A stretch of 64,000 nucleotides of DNA from Rhodothermales bacterium. Its GTDB lineage: Bacteria > Bacteroidota > Rhodothermia > Rhodothermales > BA12. The notes below the pieces were generated by a model. The model had not been told where the DNA came from and did no database searches. It saw nothing but the letters and a program-made list of their open reading frames with translations. Position numbers and translations under genes: made by a program. Position 1 is the stretch's first letter. Each line of letters starts with the position of its first letter. Below are positions 44,838 to 54,197 of this stretch, piece by piece. The DNA is taken from positions 384,946 to 448,945 of the forward strand of contig CAWJEJ010000003.1 in the NCBI GenBank assembly GCA_963841855.1, read 5' to 3'.

Positions 44838-45943
44838 GACGGCGCCTCCAAATCGGGCGCGGCCAAGGCCGCCGACGTGACGAGGGTGGCGAAAGCGATG
44901 GGGCGAGCCAGTCCGCTTCCCCGCGTCCGGCGCCAGGCGATACGGGAGAGTGCCGCCAGTTCGGGAAGTTGATCCGCCGCCTGTGCCACGTGGGCTCCGC
45001 GCGCCGAACCGCGCGCCCATCGGTGGACCACACGCATCAGCAGCGGAGCGACGACAGCGACCCAGATACCGACGAGCACGACCGCTCGCCCCATCGCAAC
45101 TGCCGCCGCGGCCAAGGGACGCACCGTGTCGTCGGCCAAGCCGAGCAGCGCGTATGCTCCGAGCAGCAGCGCCACCAGCCCCAACCGCCGCATGGCAGGG
45201 CGCTTCCACCACACGCGTGCGCTCCGCCTTTGAGATACTGCTCGACTCTCGGCCTGCCGACGCGCTTCAATCGCCATCGCTCGGGCCTCCGCCTCGCCGG
45301 AAGCGCGAAACATCCGGCGCGGCAACCGCGCGCCCAGCACGCCCGCGACGACGCCCATCGCCACGTGCAAGCCGACGTAAACGCCGACCAGCCAAACGCT
45401 GGCCGAGTCTGGACCGGCGGCTACTCTCACCAACGGTCCGATTTGCCGGACGGCCAGCGCTACCAACGCGTCGACTGCGTCCCAGAACGCGGCTCCGAAC
45501 AGCAGCGTCATCACCAGCACTCGCTGCACGGCAGACTCGGCCAGCGCGGCGACGCCTAGCACCAACGGTCCCGCCGTCCGCCCCAACGTCGGCAACACGA
45601 GCGCCGCCAGCCCACCCTGAAACGCGACGGCCAGATACGCCCCGACTGGCGCATGCGGACTCGCCGCCGCCTTGACGCCCAGCACGATCGCCGTTGCGGT
45701 GAGCAGTGTTCGCCGCACCGGTCGATCGTCGCGGCGAGCGGCGTGGGCGATCAGAGACAGCAGCACGACGGCGCTCGACCCTACGAGGAGCCCGGTCAGC
45801 GGTAGACGCAGCGCGTGCAGCGCGCCGCCCAGTCCGACTTCGGCTAGTGCCCACAGCGCCGTCAGCCGCGCTACGGCTGGCGAACCGTCGGCGACTCCGC
45901 TCTCTGATGGGGTCGGGTCTAGGCGGATGCGCGTCACCGCCAC
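44834..45943 (-). CDS. polytopic membrane protein, unknown family
   Basis: About 8-10 hydrophobic helices (LWALAEVGLGGALHALRLPLTGLLVGSSAVVLL…), with an Arg-rich loop in the middle. The GTG at 45943 or 45937 lies 22-28 nt after the upstream lipoprotein stop. Confidence 0.55.
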   Translation of the reverse strand: MAVTRIRLDPTPSESGVADGSPAVARLTALWALAEVGLGGALHALRLPLTGLLVGSSAVVLLSLIAHAARRDDRPVRRTLLTATAIVLGVKAAASPHAPVGAYLAVAFQGGLAALVLPTLGRTAGPLVLGVAALAESAVQRVLVMTLLFGAAFWDAVDALVALAVRQIGPLVRVAAGPDSASVWLVGVYVGLHVAMGVVAGVLGARLPRRMFRASGEAEARAMAIEARRQAESRAVSQRRSARVWWKRPAMRRLGLVALLLGAYALLGLADDTVRPLAAAAVAMGRAVVLVGIWVAVVAPLLMRVVHRWARGSARGAHVAQAADQLPELAALSRIAWRRTRGSGLARPIAFATLVTSAALAAPDLEAPS

Positions 45944-45965
45944 GTCTTGTGAGTGCGCTGCCGCG

Positions 45966-46805
45966 TCACATGCCCTCCTGCACGCGCGCGCCGCCGGGTT
46001 TGGCAAACGCCTCGTCCGGCACGTCGGCGTCGAAGCGCAGGTCGGTGACCGTTCCCACGGCGCGCTGAATTCCCGTCTCGGACGAGAACGAGCGAAAGCC
46101 TGCCTGCATCGCGATGCCGCTTCCGGGCGATTGATCGCCATCGTAGACCATCGTCGTCTCGGCCAGTTCGCCGCCCGGATTGAAGTACGAAACGACGTAG
46201 CGGACACCTTGGACGCGGTTGGTCGAGGGGTCGAGCAGCAGATCATAATAGTCGCCCGGCGCGTCGCCGATGCCTGCGTCGAACGTAATGCGAACCACGT
46301 CGACCAGTCGGCCGTCGACCGTGTCGGACAGGGCGAGTGCATAGTTGACGCCTGGGTCGGCGAGTACGAACGGCATCGACACGAAATAGTAGGGCGTCAG
46401 CGACCAAAAGCGCACGTTGACCGGCGGCTCGGCATCGGCGGGCGCGATCCAGGCTTCACTCCCGGTCCAACCGAACCGAACGGTCGTGTCTGAGGCGAGC
46501 TGGTGGACGGCCCTCGCGTCCCACGGGTCGACCAGTTGGTACGTGTCGATCGGGTCACCGGTCGCGTTGCCGTCCGCGTCGGTGCGCTGGTAGGCGTAGC
46601 GGTAGCGTAGCGGCCCGCCTCGGTACCACGCCTCCAACCCGCCATGCGCTCGGATGGCGGCGGCGACGCGCTGCCCTGCTTGGGAAGCATCCATCCGCTC
46701 GTCCGCGTCGGCCACGCGCGCGTCGACGGCGTCTGTGAGAGCCGACGTGTCGTAGTCGGCACAGCCCCAAAAGAGCAGCAGCGGGAGGAGTGAAAACAAG
46801 CGCAT
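45966..46805 (-). CDS. hypothetical lipoprotein (possibly LolA-like/DUF6503-like fold)
   Basis: ATG at 46805 gives MRLFSLLPLLLFWGC. AIRAHGGLEAWYRGGPLRYRY… The family assignment is from memory only. Confidence 0.55.
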   Translation of the reverse strand: MRLFSLLPLLLFWGCADYDTSALTDAVDARVADADERMDASQAGQRVAAAIRAHGGLEAWYRGGPLRYRYAYQRTDADGNATGDPIDTYQLVDPWDARAVHQLASDTTVRFGWTGSEAWIAPADAEPPVNVRFWSLTPYYFVSMPFVLADPGVNYALALSDTVDGRLVDVVRITFDAGIGDAPGDYYDLLLDPSTNRVQGVRYVVSYFNPGGELAETTMVYDGDQSPGSGIAMQAGFRSFSSETGIQRAVGTVTDLRFDADVPDEAFAKPGGARVQEGM

Positions 46806-46978
46806 CGGTCCGACCGGGTGAGGATCGCTCGGCACGCCCAAACCGGAATGCGCGTTCCCACCTCGCGGCTGGGTGCGGCACCGGGCGCGGCGCGTGCGCG
46901 GTCGGCGGGCTGCTTTGGAGTGGCCGAGCGGGGAGGCGAGCGCGAGCGTAGCTTTCGGCTCCTCACCTGCTCCGCCCC

Positions 46979-48781
46979 ATGCTCGTCCTCGGCCTGTCCG
47001 GCTTCTATCACGACTCGGCCGCCTGCCTCTTGCGCGACGGTCACATCGTGGCGGCAGCGCAGGAAGAGCGGTTTACGCGCGTCAAGCACGACCCCAGTTT
47101 TCCCCACCACGCCGTCGCCTATTGCCTGCGCCAGGGTGGAGCGACCGTCGCCGATCTGGATGCTGTCGCGTTTTACGACAAGCCGCTGCTGACGTTCGAG
47201 CGCCTGCTAGAGACGTACGTCGCGAGTGCACCGCGCGGGCTGCTCTCGTGGTGGGCGGCGATGCCGGTTTGGCTCAAAAAGAAGCTGTGGACCGGCGACA
47301 CGATCCGCAAGGCGCTGGACTACGAGGGACCGCTGTTCTTTCCCGAGCATCACGAGAGCCATGCCGCGAGCGCCTTCTTCGCGTCCCCTTTCGAGCGCGC
47401 AGCCGTCCTCACGACCGACGGCGTCGGCGAGTGGGCTACGACGACGATCGGGCACGGCGAGGCAGGCACGCTGACTCTGGCGCGCGAACTCCACTTTCCC
47501 CACTCGCTGGGCCTGCTCTATTCGGCGCTCACCTACTTCTGCGGCTTTCGCGTCAACAGCGGCGAGTACAAGCTGATGGGATTGGCGCCCTACGGCACGC
47601 CGCGCTTTGCCCAGTCCATCCGCGACCACCTGATCGACCTGCGCGGCGATGGCTCGTTTCGGCTCAACATGGCCTACTTCGGCTATGCGACCGGCCTGCG
47701 CATGACGACGCGCAAAATGGAAGGACTCTTCGGCCCGCGCCGCACGCCCGAATCCAAACTGACGCCGCGCGACCTGGATCTGGCCGCCTCGATCCAGGCT
47801 GTCACGACCGACGCCGTCTTGGGTCTGGCTAGAGAAGCGGTCCGGCTGTCCGGCAGCCGTAAGCTGGCGATGGCCGGGGGCGTCGCCCTCAACTGCGTCG
47901 CCAACGGGCACCTGCTGCGCTCTGGACTGGTCGACGAACTGTGGATCCAGCCCGCCGCCGGAGATGCGGGCGGCGCTTTGGGATCCGCTCTGGCCGCCTA
48001 CCACCACGCGATGGGCCAGCCGCGCCCCGCGCCGACCGGCGACCTGATGCGCGGCGGCTACCTCGGTCCCGCCTTCTCGGACGACGCCATCGCCGACATG
48101 CTCGCCGCGGCCGGCGTTCCGTTCACGCGCGCCGACAGCGACGCCGACCTGGTCGCTCGGACGGCCGATCTGCTCGCCGCTGGAAAGGCTGTGGGCTGGT
48201 TCCAGGGACGGATGGAGTATGGGCCGCGCGCGCTGGGCAACCGCTCAATCCTCGCCGACGCGCGCGGACGCGAGGTGCAGCGGACGGTCAACCTCAAGGT
48301 CAAGTTCAGAGAGAGCTTCCGGCCGTTCGCGCCGTCGGTCGTGGCCGAGCAGGCGTCGAAGTTTTTCGACCTGGATGCGCCGTCGCCCTACATGCTGCTC
48401 GTGGCGCCGGTCAACGACGCGACGGTCGAGGGGCAGGGGCTGGACCAGTTGGGAAGTGTCGGCGGCCCGATTCCCGCCGTCACCCACGTCGACGGGTCGG
48501 CGCGCGTGCAGACGGTCGACGGCGAGCACAATCCGCTCTTCCACGCCCTGCTTACGGCGTTCGGCGAGCGGACAGGCACGCCGGTGCTGGTCAACACCAG
48601 TTTCAACGTTCGGGGCGAGCCCATCGTAGCCACGCCCGAGGACGCCTACCGCTGCTTCCGCGCGACGCACCTCGACGCCCTCGTGATGGGCCGGTTCGTG
48701 CTCGAAAAGTCGGCCATTCCCGGCGCCGAGAAGGAGACGCTCACACCCGAACAGGTCGCCCAGACGTACGGGCTGGACTGA
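46979..48781 (+). CDS. carbamoyltransferase (NodU/CmcH family)
   Basis: MLVLGLSGFYHDSAACLLRDGHIVAAAQEERFTRVKHD… and PEHHESHAASAF, with a C-terminal carbamoyltransferase domain (SFNVRGEPIV). Confidence 0.9.
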   Translation: MLVLGLSGFYHDSAACLLRDGHIVAAAQEERFTRVKHDPSFPHHAVAYCLRQGGATVADLDAVAFYDKPLLTFERLLETYVASAPRGLLSWWAAMPVWLKKKLWTGDTIRKALDYEGPLFFPEHHESHAASAFFASPFERAAVLTTDGVGEWATTTIGHGEAGTLTLARELHFPHSLGLLYSALTYFCGFRVNSGEYKLMGLAPYGTPRFAQSIRDHLIDLRGDGSFRLNMAYFGYATGLRMTTRKMEGLFGPRRTPESKLTPRDLDLAASIQAVTTDAVLGLAREAVRLSGSRKLAMAGGVALNCVANGHLLRSGLVDELWIQPAAGDAGGALGSALAAYHHAMGQPRPAPTGDLMRGGYLGPAFSDDAIADMLAAAGVPFTRADSDADLVARTADLLAAGKAVGWFQGRMEYGPRALGNRSILADARGREVQRTVNLKVKFRESFRPFAPSVVAEQASKFFDLDAPSPYMLLVAPVNDATVEGQGLDQLGSVGGPIPAVTHVDGSARVQTVDGEHNPLFHALLTAFGERTGTPVLVNTSFNVRGEPIVATPEDAYRCFRATHLDALVMGRFVLEKSAIPGAEKETLTPEQVAQTYGLD

Positions 48782-48887
48782 CGCGCGGCCGGGTGCGCTG
48801 CAGCGTGTGATCTGAGTGTGCTAGGTTACAAGTCGCGCGCTCCCGTCGATATCTACCTCTCATCGAATCCGTCCGGCCTCCTCCCAC

Positions 48888-51800
48888 ATGCGTCGCCTCG
48901 CTGCACTCTGCGCTTTTCTCCTGCTGCTCGCATCGACTGCGGGGGCCAATTATGCGTGTGCCCAGCCGGGCTGGCGGGGACTGGTGCACTACGGCTACGA
49001 GACGACGGTGTGGAGCGTCGACGATGGGTTACCGCAAAACTCCAATCAGCGCGTGCTGCGCGGCAGCGACGGATCGATCTGGATGGGCGGCTTCGGCACG
49101 CCCGCGCGCTTCGACGGCTACGCGTTTCGTCCGGCTCCGCTGCGAGGCATCCCGCGCGGGGCGGTAGTCTACGGCGACGCGCTGATGCCGTGTCCCGGTG
49201 GCGGAATGTGCGCTGTCGTCAGGGGACACGGCGTCTGGCGCGTGCAGGGCGACTCGCTGAGCCAGCGGCTGGCATCCTTCGACGTCGAGGGATATGGGCG
49301 CGACGAATACTCCGACGCGATCATCGTGCAAACGTCGCAGCAGACCGACGCCTCCTTCTACCTCGTCCGCGCCGACACGACCTATCGCCTCGGGCCCTAC
49401 CCGCCTCTGGGAATCACGCGCAACGGGATGGCGGCGATGGGGCGTGACGGTACGCTCTACAGCTATTCGGCGCGCGGCCAAACATGGAAACTCCAGCGCG
49501 GCGAGTGGTCGCTCCACAGTACGCAGCCTCTGGGCTTCGCCACGTCGAACCTGTCTGGGGATTCGGCGGGAGACGTCTGGACGACGGGTGAGGCGGGTAT
49601 CCACCGTTTGACACCCAGCGGGCTGGAGCCATTTTCCTCGCTGGGATGGTCGCGCCACATTCTGCCCTACCGGGACGGATACCTAGCCGCCGGGCGAGAC
49701 GGTGTCTTCCGGCTTTCGTCCGACGGCGCCGTCTTGGACACGCTGGCGACGCAGCACGCCAACTGGCTCTACGCCGACGAGAGCGGCGCGATATGGGTCG
49801 CGTTGGAATCCGACGGCGTGATGCGCCTGCGTCCACACCGCATCGGAACGGTCGACCTGGGCGGATTCGGCACCAGCGGCGTCCGCAGCATCGTTCGCGA
49901 CCGCAACGGTAGCCTGTGGACGACGGGCAACTGCCAGGGTATCCTGAACCTGACCGCGCAGGGCGAGCGAACCATCTATGGAACGTCGGACGAGAACCTG
50001 TCCAAAGAGCAATCGATCTACATTTCCAGTTGCCTCTGGACGGCCGCGCAGACTCCCGACGGTACGATCTGGACGACTGGGATCGGCGGGCGTCTGCACG
50101 CGATTCGCGATGGGCGCATTCGGCTGATCGACGAGATAGCGGGCACGTCAGAGTTCAGCCTGGAGGGCGGCTCTACCGTCCTGTTTACCGACCGCAGCGG
50201 CACGCTTTGGACCAGCCGCCGCTCGGACGGACGCGTCTTCCGGCGCTCGCGGTCGAGCGAGTTCGTCGCCGTTCCTTCGCTGGGCCTGCGCGACAGCACG
50301 AGCGACGCCGAAGGGACGAAGGCCGAGGCGCCCAACGTCTCTCAGTTTTTCGAGGATGCTCAGGGCGTCCTTTGGATCGGCGGGTCAGGCTTCGTGTCGC
50401 GTTTCGACGGTGAGGCGTTCGTGACCGTTCTCCGGGTCGAAGGGGCTGCGCGCTCGTTCGTCCAGGCCGCAGACGGCACGCTCTACGTCGGCACCTACGG
50501 CGGCGGCATCTACCGCCTCGACCTCGACGCTCAGCGGCGAGCCCAAACCGGCACCCTGCACGCCTCCGATGTGCCCCGCTTCCGCGCGTCCGACGGGCTG
50601 CCTGATGATTTCGTCTCGCTCCTCCACCTCGACGACCGTGGCCGCTTGTGGTCTTCGCACAATCAAGGGCTGGCACGCACGCATCTGAAGGCGCTCGACA
50701 CGTTTTGGGAAGGCGGCCCGGCTCCCCACACCCGGATCTTCACGTCGGCGGACGGTCTGCCGAGTACCGAAGCCAACGGCGGATTCCAGGGAGCCGGGCT
50801 GGTGTGGCCCGACGGCACGCTCTGGCTCCCGACCATCAAGGGCGTAGCCGTTCTCGCCCCCGACCTGGCCGACGACGCGCAGCCGCCCCCGCCGCCCTAC
50901 TTGCAACTGGCTGAGATCGACGGAGTGCCGGTTTCGTGCGCGGCGGTCGGCCCTTGCTCGCTCCAACTCTCGCCGTCCGACCGCCGCATCCGGTTTCGCA
51001 TCGGTGCGCTCACGACCGGGCAGTCGCGCAGCGTCGATCTCGACGTTCGGCTGTGGGGCGGATCGGGCTTGTGGGAACGCGTCGACCCGACTGATCGGAG
51101 CATTACCTATGGCGGGCTGCGCGGCGGATCGTACCGGCTCGAAGGCCGCGCTCGGAGCGTCGACGGTACGTGGGGAGAGGCGCACGTGCTCGCCTCGCTG
51201 GCCGTCCCGACGCCGCTCCACCAGCAGTTGTGGTTCCTGATCGCTGCGGCTCTGGCGTTGGCACTGGGCGTAGCCGGGTTCGTCCACCTGCGCGGTCGTT
51301 CGCTGCGCGCGCAAGCCCACGTGCTCCAGCAAGCGGTCGATGTTCAGACGGACCAGCTGCGCGTGGCGTCGGCGCGCCTCGAAGCACAAAACGCGGCGCT
51401 GTCGGATCTGGTCGAGAGCAAAGAGCGCGTGATGCGCATGGTGTCGCACGACCTCAAGAACCCCATCGGCGGCATCGTCGGGCTGGCCGACATCGTGCAG
51501 AGCGAGCTGGCGCCGGGCTCGGAAGCGCACGAGATGACCGGTCTGATACGTGGGGCGGGCGAGCAGTCGCTCACACTCATCCACTCGATCCTCGACGCGC
51601 AGCACCCCGAAACCGTCCCCCATCTGGCCGAACTTGCCCCGGTCGACGTGCGCAGCATTGTCACGGCCGCCGCCGCGCTCTCGCGGGGTTTCGCCCATAC
51701 CAAGGAGCAGCGCATCGAAACGGCGATGCCACCACGCCCACTCTTGGTCCGCGCCGACGCGTTGCGGCTCCGTCTGGTCGTAGACAATCTGATTTCCAAC

Positions 51801-52118
51801 GCCCTCAAGTACGCGCCGCGCGCCACGGCCGTCCGCATCTCTGCCGATCTCGACGACGCCCACGCAGTGCTCACCGTCGACGACGCCGGGCCGGGCATTC
51901 CGCTGGGCGACCGCGACCGCGTCTTCGATCCCTACACACGCCTAGCCGCTCAGCCGACCGGATCCGAGACCGTCACGGGACTCGGGCTCTTCCTGGTGCG
52001 CGAGATCGTGCGGCAGTACGGCGGCTCCATATGGGTCGACGAAAGCCCTGAGGGAGGCGCTCGCTTCGCCGTTCGCCTGCCTGTCGTGGACCACGAAAGC
52101 GGCTCGCCCGGCACCTGA
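48888..52118 (+). CDS. sensor histidine kinase with beta-propeller repeats, Y_Y_Y domain, TM helix, HisKA and HATPase_c
   Basis: WSVDDGLPQNSNQRVLRGSDGSIWMGG propeller repeats. TM helix LWFLIAAALALALGVAGFV. H-box MVSHDLKNPIGG. NLISNALKYA, DDAGPGIP, GLGLFLV. Confidence 0.85.
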   Translation: MRRLAALCAFLLLLASTAGANYACAQPGWRGLVHYGYETTVWSVDDGLPQNSNQRVLRGSDGSIWMGGFGTPARFDGYAFRPAPLRGIPRGAVVYGDALMPCPGGGMCAVVRGHGVWRVQGDSLSQRLASFDVEGYGRDEYSDAIIVQTSQQTDASFYLVRADTTYRLGPYPPLGITRNGMAAMGRDGTLYSYSARGQTWKLQRGEWSLHSTQPLGFATSNLSGDSAGDVWTTGEAGIHRLTPSGLEPFSSLGWSRHILPYRDGYLAAGRDGVFRLSSDGAVLDTLATQHANWLYADESGAIWVALESDGVMRLRPHRIGTVDLGGFGTSGVRSIVRDRNGSLWTTGNCQGILNLTAQGERTIYGTSDENLSKEQSIYISSCLWTAAQTPDGTIWTTGIGGRLHAIRDGRIRLIDEIAGTSEFSLEGGSTVLFTDRSGTLWTSRRSDGRVFRRSRSSEFVAVPSLGLRDSTSDAEGTKAEAPNVSQFFEDAQGVLWIGGSGFVSRFDGEAFVTVLRVEGAARSFVQAADGTLYVGTYGGGIYRLDLDAQRRAQTGTLHASDVPRFRASDGLPDDFVSLLHLDDRGRLWSSHNQGLARTHLKALDTFWEGGPAPHTRIFTSADGLPSTEANGGFQGAGLVWPDGTLWLPTIKGVAVLAPDLADDAQPPPPPYLQLAEIDGVPVSCAAVGPCSLQLSPSDRRIRFRIGALTTGQSRSVDLDVRLWGGSGLWERVDPTDRSITYGGLRGGSYRLEGRARSVDGTWGEAHVLASLAVPTPLHQQLWFLIAAALALALGVAGFVHLRGRSLRAQAHVLQQAVDVQTDQLRVASARLEAQNAALSDLVESKERVMRMVSHDLKNPIGGIVGLADIVQSELAPGSEAHEMTGLIRGAGEQSLTLIHSILDAQHPETVPHLAELAPVDVRSIVTAAAALSRGFAHTKEQRIETAMPPRPLLVRADALRLRLVVDNLISNALKYAPRATAVRISADLDDAHAVLTVDDAGPGIPLGDRDRVFDPYTRLAAQPTGSETVTGLGLFLVREIVRQYGGSIWVDESPEGGARFAVRLPVVDHESGSPGT

Positions 52119-52221
52119 AGGGCATGTGTGGAAAAGATAGCGTCCGATCGATTAGGGTATGACATAGCGTGGGCACCGTACATGTTTGATCATGTGATCA
52201 CTCCCACTCTCCACGCCCACA

Positions 52222-52509
52222 ATGGACCGCTCTCCCCACTTCTCCGGCCTCTGGCAAGATGACGAACGCACCGCTATACTCGACGCCGTCCAAACGCTCG
52301 CCGGACGTCCCGAAACGGGTTCTCTGCGCGGTCCCGACTGGACGTTTCACCGCTACGAATCGGGCGCGCACGCTGTCTTTGCGGCTTCCCATCGCAGCGC
52401 GACGCGGATGCTCACCGCCACGACCGCAGACGAACTCGCCCTGCGCCTGCGCGGCTACGGCAAGCCTGCCGCCGAGGAGACGTTGGTCTCTCTGGCGCTG
52501 GCCGCCTGA
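52222..52509 (+). CDS. hypothetical protein (95 aa)
   Basis: ATG-initiated ORF with genome-typical codon bias, 27 nt upstream of rnhB. No motif recognised. Confidence 0.4.
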   Translation: MDRSPHFSGLWQDDERTAILDAVQTLAGRPETGSLRGPDWTFHRYESGAHAVFAASHRSATRMLTATTADELALRLRGYGKPAAEETLVSLALAA

Positions 52510-52536
52510 CGAGCGGCGCGAGCGTAGCTTGGCGTC

Positions 52537-53139
52537 ATGGCCACTGCTCTCGCTCGCTTCGATACCGACCATCGGCCCGCTCTGGGCCTTCTCGCAGGTG
52601 TCGATGAAGCGGGGCGCGGATGTCTTGCCGGTCCCGTCGTGGCCGCGGCCGTGATCCTGCCGCCCGACTGCTCGATCGACGGGCTGGACGACTCTAAGAG
52701 GCTGTCACCGGCTCAGCGCGACGCGTTGTTCGAGCGCATCCCGGCCCTCGCCGTCGCATACGGTGTCGGCGTCTGCTCACCTGCCGAGGTCGACCGGCTC
52801 AACGTGCTGCACGCGGCGATGGAAGCGATGCGCCGAGCCCTTGCCGCGATGGACACGGCGCCCGATGGCATCCTGATCGACGGCAACCGGCTCCCTCCCA
52901 ATCTGCCCGCGTCCGCTGTTGCCGTCGCCGTCGTCAAAGGCGACACCAAGAGCCAGAGCATCGCCGCGGCGTCCGTCATCGCCAAGGTCACGCGCGATCG
53001 CCTGATGGTCGACCTGGGCGCCAGTTTTCCGGAGTACGACTGGAAGAGCAACAAGGGCTATCCAACGCGCGCGCACTATGCCGCTCTGGCCGCGCACGGC
53101 CCGACGATCCACCACCGCCGCTCGTTTCGCCTGACGTGA
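52537..53139 (+). CDS. rnhB: ribonuclease HII
   Basis: GVDEAGRGCLAGPVVAAAV, DDSKRL, KGD…SIAAASVIAKV. Confidence 0.9.
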   Translation: MATALARFDTDHRPALGLLAGVDEAGRGCLAGPVVAAAVILPPDCSIDGLDDSKRLSPAQRDALFERIPALAVAYGVGVCSPAEVDRLNVLHAAMEAMRRALAAMDTAPDGILIDGNRLPPNLPASAVAVAVVKGDTKSQSIAAASVIAKVTRDRLMVDLGASFPEYDWKSNKGYPTRAHYAALAAHGPTIHHRRSFRLT

Positions 53140-53146
53140 CGCGCGC

Positions 53147-54097
53147 TCAGCCGACGCGTTCTCCGGCTTCCAGGCTAGCACCACGCGCAAAATCCGCCGC
53201 GCTCTGACGTGTACGTCCTGCCGGTTGCACCTCAAGCAGTTCAAGCGTCCGGTCCGCGCAGGCGACGAACAGGCGGTCACCGGCGACCGATAGCGTCCCA
53301 GGCTCGGCCAGCTTCGGTTCGCCCGCCGAATTGTCCGGGAGCGCGGTTCGGTAGAGTTTGAGCGTATCCCCGCGCCACCTCGTCCACGCGCCGGGAGCGG
53401 GCGAGAAGCCGTGGACGTGCCGGCGCACCTGAGCGGCAGTCAGGCTCCAGTCGATCTCGCCTTCGTCGCGAAACAGCTTGGGTGCAGGCGTGGCGAGCGT
53501 GTCGTCCTGCGGCTGTGGGCGGGCTTCGCCTCGCTCGTAGAGCCGAACGGTTTCGACGACCAGATCGGCGCCCTGCGTCATCAACCGATCGTGCAGATCG
53601 CCCGCCGTCTCGTCCGGCGACAGCGAGACGCGCCGTTGCAGCAGAATGCCGCCCGTGTCGACGCGGGCCGCCAGAGCGAACGTTGTCAGGCCGGTTTCGT
53701 CATCACCCGCCATCACGGCGCGCTGGATTGGGGCTGCGCCTCGGTAACGCGGAAGCAGCGAGCCGTGCAGGTTGAACGCGCCCAGGCTGGCCGATTCGAA
53801 GATGGCCGGCGGTAGGATCTTGAACGCGACGACGACGATCAAGTCAGCTTTCAGCGCCGCCATCTGGTCTGCGAACTCGGGCGATCGGACCGAATCGGGT
53901 TGCAGAATCCTCTCGATGCCTAGCCGCTCGGCTGCCTGTTTGACAGGCGGAGACGTCGGCGGCTTCCGGCGGCTCCCCGGCGTATCCAGCGACGTGACGA
54001 CGGCTGCCGGCGCATGGCCCGCCGCGACGAGCGCTTCCAGTGATGGTACAGCAAACTCGGGCGTGCCCATGAACACGATGCGGAGCGGTTGAGACAT
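53147..54097 (-). CDS. fmt: methionyl-tRNA formyltransferase
   Basis: RIVFMGTPEFAVPSL, NLHGSLLPRYRGAAPIQRAV, plus the C-terminal domain. Confidence 0.9.
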   Translation of the reverse strand: MSQPLRIVFMGTPEFAVPSLEALVAAGHAPAAVVTSLDTPGSRRKPPTSPPVKQAAERLGIERILQPDSVRSPEFADQMAALKADLIVVVAFKILPPAIFESASLGAFNLHGSLLPRYRGAAPIQRAVMAGDDETGLTTFALAARVDTGGILLQRRVSLSPDETAGDLHDRLMTQGADLVVETVRLYERGEARPQPQDDTLATPAPKLFRDEGEIDWSLTAAQVRRHVHGFSPAPGAWTRWRGDTLKLYRTALPDNSAGEPKLAEPGTLSVAGDRLFVACADRTLELLEVQPAGRTRQSAADFARGASLEAGERVG

Positions 54098-54137
54098 GCA
54101 GGCGAGAGAGCGATTGTGAGATCCAGATTAACCAGAA

Positions 54138-54172
54138 ATAACCTATCAGGTCGCAAAGACCTGATAGGTTAT
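54138..54172 (-). terminator. 15-bp perfect hairpin between GWxTD gene and fmt
   Basis: ATAACCTATCAGGTC / GACCTGATAGGTTAT with loop GCAAA. It is AT-rich in a GC-rich context and lies 26 nt after the GWxTD stop. Confidence 0.6.
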
Positions 54173-54197
54173 ACGAACTACCTATCGCTGCGACGTG

